Origin: Calditrichales bacterium
GTDB lineage: Bacteria; Calditrichota; Calditrichia; Calditrichales; J004
DNA: 64,000 nucleotides
Assembly (NCBI GenBank): GCA_965267575.1
Contig: OZ254086.1
Span: 3,584,001 to 3,648,000 of the forward strand
Direction of reading: 5' to 3'
Shown here: piece by piece, positions 58,191 to 64,000 of the stretch
How positions within the stretch are numbered: the first letter of the stretch is position 1
Layout of the letters: each line of letters starts with the position of its first letter
Program-made: the position numbers and the translations under genes
Notes under the pieces: generated by a model
The model's database searches: none
What the model was told of the DNA's origin: nothing
What the model saw: the letters and a program-made list of their open reading frames with translations, nothing else

Positions 58191-60095
58191 TCAATCGTGC
58201 AATTTATAGGTTCCGTCCAGTATGGAGCGTACTGCCTGGGCGAAATCGCGCGCGTCGAAAGGCTTTTCGAGGAATGGTACGCCCGGTTCCAGCCGGTTGG
58301 TATAGGCACTGATCAACAGAAACTTCGTGTCGGGTTTGATCTTTTCCGCGACCAGCTTTAGCTCTACGCCGTTCATTTCCGGCATTACCACGTCGGAGAC
58401 AATCATATCAATGCTGTCGGCATGCTCCTGAAATATTTCGAGAGCCTTTGACCCATTTGGCGCCAACATGATGCGATAGCCGAAATTCTCAAGCACCTCT
58501 TTCATAAACAAAATAAGGTCCGCCTCATCCTCGGCAATCAAAATACACTCATTGCCACCCACCACGGGGCGTGTCTCCGCGCTCTTCATCTCTTTTATGG
58601 TTTCAGCGACCTTTGGAAAATAGATGGTAAAGTGTGTGCCTTCGCCTTCGCTGCTGGCGCATTCGATAAAGGCGTTGTGCTGCTTTACAAGTCCAAAAAC
58701 TATCGATAAGCCCAGACCCGTACCCTGGCCGACATCTTTTGTTGTAAAAAAAGGTTCAAAAATGTGGCGCAGTGTTTCGCGGGGCATGCCGGTACCGGAA
58801 TCGATGACATTAAGCAGTACATAATCGCCCGCGGGCATGGTGCCCGTTACAGTTACCTTCTCACCTGAAAAGGCGCGGTTTTCTGTAGAAACAACCAGTT
58901 CACCACCATCGGGCATGGCATCACGCGCGTTGATGCTCAGGTTGGTTATGATCTGGTCAAGTGCGCTGGCATCGGCATTTACCAGGTTCAGGTTTTCGGA
59001 CAATCTTATGCTAAGTGTAACATCTTCACCCAGGTAGCGATCCAGAAGGCGGCTGTTATTTCTGATAACTTTGTTCAGATTCATTTCCCGCATATTGAGG
59101 CGCTGCTTTCTACTGAACATTACCAGTTGCCGGACAATATTGGCGGCATTATTTGCTTTTTGGTAGATCGTTTTGAGGGTGGGGTAGGCTTTATGCTCTT
59201 CATCCAGCTTTCTCATGCCCAGCTCAGCCAATCCGCTGATGCCGGCAAGCACGTTGTTAAAATCATGCGCGATACCTCCCGCCAGTTGTCCGACGGCTTC
59301 AAGCTTTTCCAACTGTGACATTTTGTTTTCCAGGGCTTTTTGTTCGGAAACGTTGCGTGCGATAACCACAACGGCGGAATCCTTTTGTACGTGAAAAAAG
59401 CGCCCCCTTAGCATAACTTCCCTGCCGTCCGTGACAGATACGGAAAATTCCAGGTTGAAATCTTTTTTATCGTTGAGGCTGTCAAGAGCCTGCAAAATCT
59501 CACTTTGAGACGCCGGCGGAACCAGGTCCAGAAAATTCTTCTCCAGCAAACGGCTCATGGGGATATCCGCGATCGAGGACAGCCGCCTGTTGGCCTGTGT
59601 TATTTTCCCGGGGATCCGGTTCGCATCAATATTAAAGGTAAAAACAATGTCCGAAGTATGTTCCATGAGCAGGGCGGAGTGATCCGGGCCCGTTGAACTA
59701 ATGCGCGGATCGCTCTTTTCTATTTGGACAAAATACGAAGGGGAGTTGTCGTTGTCTCCGGGAAAAAGGAGCGGTTTGACACGAAGATGACCTTCACGGC
59801 TGCTTCCATCTGCATGACTGAAACGGATCGGACCGGACCAGGAGCTAATTTCATGAATTTTATAAATTATGCTGCGGATGGTCAGCGCAGGGTAGTCGCT
59901 TTTATCGAACAAACGCTTATAACGCTTGCCCAAAATCTGTCCCATTGCGTAGCCGCTCAGCTCCGTAAAAGCATGATTGCAGTACTGGAAACGGCCGTAT
60001 TCATTTATTATGCAAACGGGTTGGTCTACAAAATCGAGTAGAAACGCGTAGCTTTTTGCGGAATAACGATTCCGCGATGAATTGTTTTGAACCAT
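58191..60095 (-). CDS. PAS-PAS hybrid histidine kinase/receiver
   Basis: 'GGIAHDFNN', 'NLSINARDA', 'FFTTKDVGQGTGLGL', 'SDVVMP...EKPF'. Confidence 0.92.
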   Translation of the reverse strand: MVQNNSSRNRYSAKSYAFLLDFVDQPVCIINEYGRFQYCNHAFTELSGYAMGQILGKRYKRLFDKSDYPALTIRSIIYKIHEISSWSGPIRFSHADGSSREGHLRVKPLLFPGDNDNSPSYFVQIEKSDPRISSTGPDHSALLMEHTSDIVFTFNIDANRIPGKITQANRRLSSIADIPMSRLLEKNFLDLVPPASQSEILQALDSLNDKKDFNLEFSVSVTDGREVMLRGRFFHVQKDSAVVVIARNVSEQKALENKMSQLEKLEAVGQLAGGIAHDFNNVLAGISGLAELGMRKLDEEHKAYPTLKTIYQKANNAANIVRQLVMFSRKQRLNMREMNLNKVIRNNSRLLDRYLGEDVTLSIRLSENLNLVNADASALDQIITNLSINARDAMPDGGELVVSTENRAFSGEKVTVTGTMPAGDYVLLNVIDSGTGMPRETLRHIFEPFFTTKDVGQGTGLGLSIVFGLVKQHNAFIECASSEGEGTHFTIYFPKVAETIKEMKSAETRPVVGGNECILIAEDEADLILFMKEVLENFGYRIMLAPNGSKALEIFQEHADSIDMIVSDVVMPEMNGVELKLVAEKIKPDTKFLLISAYTNRLEPGVPFLEKPFDARDFAQAVRSILDGTYKLHD

Positions 60096-60190
60096 AAGAA
60101 AATTAGAATGATTAAAAGACCATAATCGCTCGTAACTGCCGTTAAAATAATATTTTATTTGAAAAATTTATAATCAAATATATGCTCTCG

Positions 60191-60217
60191 TTAAAAGTGG
60201 CCGATTGCAACCGATAA
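60191..60217 (+). promoter_or_regulatory. Possible sigma-28 (FliA) promoter
   Basis: T(T)AAA...ACCGATAA with a 14-15 nt spacer, upstream of the receiver-fapA-cheA genes. Confidence 0.45.
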
Positions 60218-60246
60218 TGATAAAATGTTTAACAACGTAAAGAACA

Positions 60247-60726
60247 ATGCAAAAGATTATAGTAGTAGACAAAGATTCGAGCACGCTAAACGACATATCT
60301 CGTCTTGTAACCTCGATTAACTTTGAACCTATCGTAGCTTACAATTTTAATAACGCACTATCCGGCATTGGCGTTAAAGAGATTGCCGCGGTATTTATTG
60401 ATGTAGAAACCAAAATGGTTAATCCGCGGGATTTGCAGAATTACCTGAACAGCAGAGCGGAATCAAACAGCAAAACACCGGTGATATTTATGTACACCAA
60501 CCGCGATTCCAAGCTGGTTGAGGAGGCCATGCAGGTGGCTCACGATGCCGAACTGCAAAAACCTTTTTCGCTGGAAGAGCTGTTTGAGCTTCTGCAGAAT
60601 CAGCTGAACCTGAATCAGGATGATTTTACCGGGCTGACAAACTACGACAAGCTTGATAACTATGAACGGTTTGCGGCGAATATGGATGAATGGCTTTCTA
60701 AACTGGGAACAGTGCTTAACGGTTGA
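60247..60726 (+). CDS. Divergent single-domain response regulator
   Basis: 'IIVVDKD', 'VFIDV', 'PVIFMYT', 'LQKPF' receiver pattern. Confidence 0.7.
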   Translation: MQKIIVVDKDSSTLNDISRLVTSINFEPIVAYNFNNALSGIGVKEIAAVFIDVETKMVNPRDLQNYLNSRAESNSKTPVIFMYTNRDSKLVEEAMQVAHDAELQKPFSLEELFELLQNQLNLNQDDFTGLTNYDKLDNYERFAANMDEWLSKLGTVLNG

Positions 60727-60730
60727 TCTA

Positions 60731-62185
60731 ATGGTAAAAAAACGCATTCTACTTTCGAATTCGACCCTTGTTGTAACGGAGCTTTGGGAAGGCAAACTTG
60801 TAATTGGCGAACTACAGTTTGGCAGCGCCTCTAAGAAGGAAATACAGCGGGCACTGGCTGAAAAGGGATATGAACACGGCATTCTTGAACATTGTATTGA
60901 TCTGCTTCAAAACGGCCATAAGGGACAAATACCCATTGCTCTTGCCAACATAGAGGAAGATCCCGGAAAACCTTTTTTCCACTTTGAAAAAGAACTTAAC
61001 GATGAAAATTTTGACAACTGGATCCGGGAGGGCAGCTTTGAAAATCTCAATATCACCTATCCCGTAAAGGCCGGCGATACACTGCTGACGTTGTCTCAAA
61101 AACCGTATCAGTACCTGCGCTATCCCGATGGTCGTAAAGAGTATATCGCCGACCTTGAAACGACAAATATTAATTTCTATGCCGGAGAAAACACCAAACT
61201 GCGCCATGATGGTGAAGCGATCGTAGCCAAAACAGATGGCTATGCGCACCGTTCTATTTACGGAACAGTATCCGTTTATCCCGAACACGTATTAAAAAAT
61301 ATAGGTAAGATGCACGGGCGTGTTGAGCTGGAAAGTGCCGTCAGGGTTGAGCAGGACGTGCGCACGGAATCGCAGTTGATTACGCCTTCGAGCGTCATTG
61401 TTGAAGGTCTTATCCGATCATCCAATGTCAGATCCGGCGGCAATATCTATTGCGCTTTCGGGCTGGATAATTCGCAACGTCTCGACAGCGCGCGAATACA
61501 CGCCGGGCAATCGCTTTTTGCCAGTAGCATTGTTGGCTATAATGTGTGGGTAGGGCACTACTGTATCGTTCAGAATAATATTGATCATTCCCTGGTGCAA
61601 TGTATGAACAGCATGGTGGCTCCGATTATCAGCGGATCGGAAATCCGTGTCGGCAACCGGCTCTTTGCCCGGCAACTGGAAAGAAGCACAATCTACCTGG
61701 GTTCAGACCATGTCATGGACCCAAATTTGCAAACGGTAAAGAGATTTCATCAACAGCATGAGAAGCGTTTATTCGATCTGTTTTTATTCCTCGATGAACA
61801 GCAGCGAGACCTTGACTTTACGCGCAAAAAAGCGCTTAATCACCTGGCGAAACTCAACAAAGTGGCGCGGGGCAATATCGCGTCCGATATATTGCTGAAC
61901 CGCTTTTATGTAAACATGAAAGACGGTCTTACCCACTATAGGGAACTGCTCGAAAAGACGAAATCGACACTTAATGAATTTGCTGATGAGAAGAGACAAC
62001 TGGCGTTTTATGAAACGCATACAAAAAAAGAAACCAGCCCCGAGATTGTCGTAACAGGTAAAATTGGAAACGGCTGTGCCATTATCTCTTCCAATGAGAC
62101 TTTTCGTGTACGCGAACCCATGGAAAACGTATCCATCCGCTTAAACCGATCCACCAAAACGCTTGAGATAAAACCGCTTTCCTGA
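60731..62185 (+). CDS. FapA/DUF342-family protein
   Basis: 'YPVKAGDTL...AGENT...IVAKTDG' followed by beta-helix-like repeats and a coiled coil; flagellar context. Confidence 0.7.
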   Translation: MVKKRILLSNSTLVVTELWEGKLVIGELQFGSASKKEIQRALAEKGYEHGILEHCIDLLQNGHKGQIPIALANIEEDPGKPFFHFEKELNDENFDNWIREGSFENLNITYPVKAGDTLLTLSQKPYQYLRYPDGRKEYIADLETTNINFYAGENTKLRHDGEAIVAKTDGYAHRSIYGTVSVYPEHVLKNIGKMHGRVELESAVRVEQDVRTESQLITPSSVIVEGLIRSSNVRSGGNIYCAFGLDNSQRLDSARIHAGQSLFASSIVGYNVWVGHYCIVQNNIDHSLVQCMNSMVAPIISGSEIRVGNRLFARQLERSTIYLGSDHVMDPNLQTVKRFHQQHEKRLFDLFLFLDEQQRDLDFTRKKALNHLAKLNKVARGNIASDILLNRFYVNMKDGLTHYRELLEKTKSTLNEFADEKRQLAFYETHTKKETSPEIVVTGKIGNGCAIISSNETFRVREPMENVSIRLNRSTKTLEIKPLS

Positions 62186-62292
62186 CCAGCCCCTGTCTGA
62201 TTTTTACCATCCATTTAAAAAGCTTCAATTTTGAATTGTGATTGTCGTTAATCAAATCAAAACAAATGGTAAAATGAAGGAGTATTGGTTCA

Positions 62293-64000
62293 GTGTTTGA
62301 TGATGACAAGGAAATTCTCGTTGATTTTGTAACCGAGAGTAATGAAGCAATAGAAAAGACTGAGCTTGTTTTACTCAATCTAGAAGAATCTCTCGCTGGT
62401 GGATCTGAAATTGACAGCGGGCAGATCAATACTATTTTCCGCACCTTTCACTCCATCAAAGGCAGTGCCGGTTTTATAGGCCTTAAAGCGACAAACGCTA
62501 TTACCCACGAGGCCGAAACCCTGCTGGATCTGATCCGCAAAGACAAGGTAAATATCAAAAAAAAGCATATCGATGTTTTTCTGGAAGTGTGCGACTTTTT
62601 GCAAACAATGATGGAGCACCTGCAGGACAATTTTACGGAAGAAGGGTATGGCGGTGACACAGACGATCTTACCCGGCGCATCAACGCAATGATCTCTGAA
62701 TCCGAAAAACCTGAACAAGCGAAGAAAAAAGGCAAGAGCCAGGCCAAAGCCCCAAAAACCGAAGAAGCGACAACAACAACCGCAAGCGCGAATAACGAAA
62801 AATCTAAATCTGATCAGGACGTGCTTGACGCATTGATTACGCCTGAGATGAAAAAACAATTTGTGCTGGACTCAGGCGAACTCCTGGACAGCCTCGAACA
62901 AGATTTACTCTCACTGGAGAAAGAGCCGCAACAAACGGAACTGATTGAGAGCGCTTTTCGCTCTTTACACAGCCTTAAAGGAAATGCAGGCTTTTTTAAT
63001 TATAACGACATCAACCAAATCTGTCATAAAGCAGAGACTTTTCTTGACCTGGCAAGAAGCGGTAAAGTTACCGCAGACTCCAAACAAATTTCAATGATCC
63101 TCCAGGTGCTCGATTTTATCCGTATTGCCATAGATAATCTTTCCAACGGTGAAGAGCCGACTATCATGGGCAAAAACGGGTTGCTCGATTTGATGAATGA
63201 TGTCTTTGGTCTGGAATCGGTAGAAGAAGATCAATCTTATGACGCAGAAATGGCAAATATTCAGGAAGAAGAGCTTCAGGTTGAAGATACACCTGATAAT
63301 ATAGATGAGGAGCTGGAAAGTAATAACGGTTCGGAAGAGAAAGAAGAGTCCGTCCAGGAAAACGCCAAACCGGCTGTGAACGGCGGTGCCCGCAAAACAG
63401 AGGCCATGAAAACGGCTGTCAGCGAGGTTATCCGCGTGGATGTGAAAAAACTGAACCAGCTGATGGACCTGGTTGGGGAAATCGTTATCAGCGAATCCAT
63501 GGTTTCGCACAGCCCCGATTTAAAAGGGTTGCAACTGGAGATATTCGAAAAGTCAATTAACTACTTGCAAAAGAATATTCGCGAATTACAGGAACTGGCC
63601 ACGTCGATGCGAATGATACCGTTAAGCGGGTTGTTCGGAAAGATGAAGCGGTTGATTCGTGACCTTTCCGCGAAGAACAATAAGAAGATAGAGCTGGAAA
63701 TTGCCGGCGGGGAAACAGAAGTGGACCGTTCTGTTTTAGAGCATATCTCGGACCCGTTGGTGCATATGTTGCGAAATTCCGCTGACCATGGCATTGAAGC
63801 CGCAGAACAGCGCAGAAAGAGCGGCAAGAATACGGTAGGTCTGATAAAACTTGCGGCCCGGCAGGTCGGTGGCGAAATCTGGATAACCGTTGAAGATGAC
63901 GGTGCCGGACTGAACCGGGAAAAGATATTGTCCAAAGCGATTGAAAAGGGCATTGTAAATGAAAATGAAACAGATATCCCCGATGAAAAGGTCTGGCAGC
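62293..64000 (+). CDS. cheA: Chemotaxis kinase CheA with two Hpt domains; 3'-truncated by the window edge
   Basis: GTG start after AAGGAG. 'IFRTFHSIKGSAG' and 'AFRSLHSLKGNAG', 'IRVDVKKLNQLMDLVGEIVI', 'DPLVHMLRNSADHGIE', 'EDDGAG'. Confidence 0.93.
   Translation, partial: MFDDDKEILVDFVTESNEAIEKTELVLLNLEESLAGGSEIDSGQINTIFRTFHSIKGSAGFIGLKATNAITHEAETLLDLIRKDKVNIKKKHIDVFLEVCDFLQTMMEHLQDNFTEEGYGGDTDDLTRRINAMISESEKPEQAKKKGKSQAKAPKTEEATTTTASANNEKSKSDQDVLDALITPEMKKQFVLDSGELLDSLEQDLLSLEKEPQQTELIESAFRSLHSLKGNAGFFNYNDINQICHKAETFLDLARSGKVTADSKQISMILQVLDFIRIAIDNLSNGEEPTIMGKNGLLDLMNDVFGLESVEEDQSYDAEMANIQEEELQVEDTPDNIDEELESNNGSEEKEESVQENAKPAVNGGARKTEAMKTAVSEVIRVDVKKLNQLMDLVGEIVISESMVSHSPDLKGLQLEIFEKSINYLQKNIRELQELATSMRMIPLSGLFGKMKRLIRDLSAKNNKKIELEIAGGETEVDRSVLEHISDPLVHMLRNSADHGIEAAEQRRKSGKNTVGLIKLAARQVGGEIWITVEDDGAGLNREKILSKAIEKGIVNENETDIPDEKVWQ

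Noticed and set aside
62380..63953. Several minus-strand ORFs in the final 1.7 kb
   Set aside because: Shadows of the plus-strand cheA, which the ORF track omitted because it has no stop inside the window.

Overview
A 64-kb bacterial chromosomal segment. Secreted proteins ending in NYPNPFNP-type C-terminal domains, a short flagellin and Bacteroidetes-like metal genes suggest an FCB-group organism such as Calditrichota or KSB1 (inference). In order it holds: a truncated serine hydrolase; an AT-rich islet with an ApeA-like HEPN nuclease and brnTA; a RimK(+TrkA-C) module; arsR-arsC-acr3; an ATP-grasp ligase::DmpA peptidase fusion coupled to an HDAC-family deacylase; a metY-aspartokinase-metX operon; secreted and outer-membrane proteins; a six-gene operon (JmjC oxygenase, Fn3-like protein, Na+:solute symporter, 40-aa membrane peptide, non-canonical carbamoyltransferase, AsnB-like amidotransferase); AraC-copZ-copA; an AT-rich HD + Hsp90-like ATPase gene; purK-purE; sbtA beside a deletion scar; a porin-proVWX operon; signalling genes; a flagellin-fliS-fliD-flaG-flgM block; and a truncated cheA with two Hpt domains. 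Three candidates stand out. (1) The carbamoyltransferase/amidotransferase/symporter operon may make an N-carbamoyl amino-acid amide osmolyte. (2) An unannotated Cys/Met-rich leader-peptide attenuator sits in tandem with a SAM-I riboswitch upstream of metY. (3) The ligase-peptidase fusion plus deacylase pair has no obvious known pathway. No rRNA, tRNA, CRISPR array or intact transposase was seen. All family calls come from reading motifs by eye, not from database searches.
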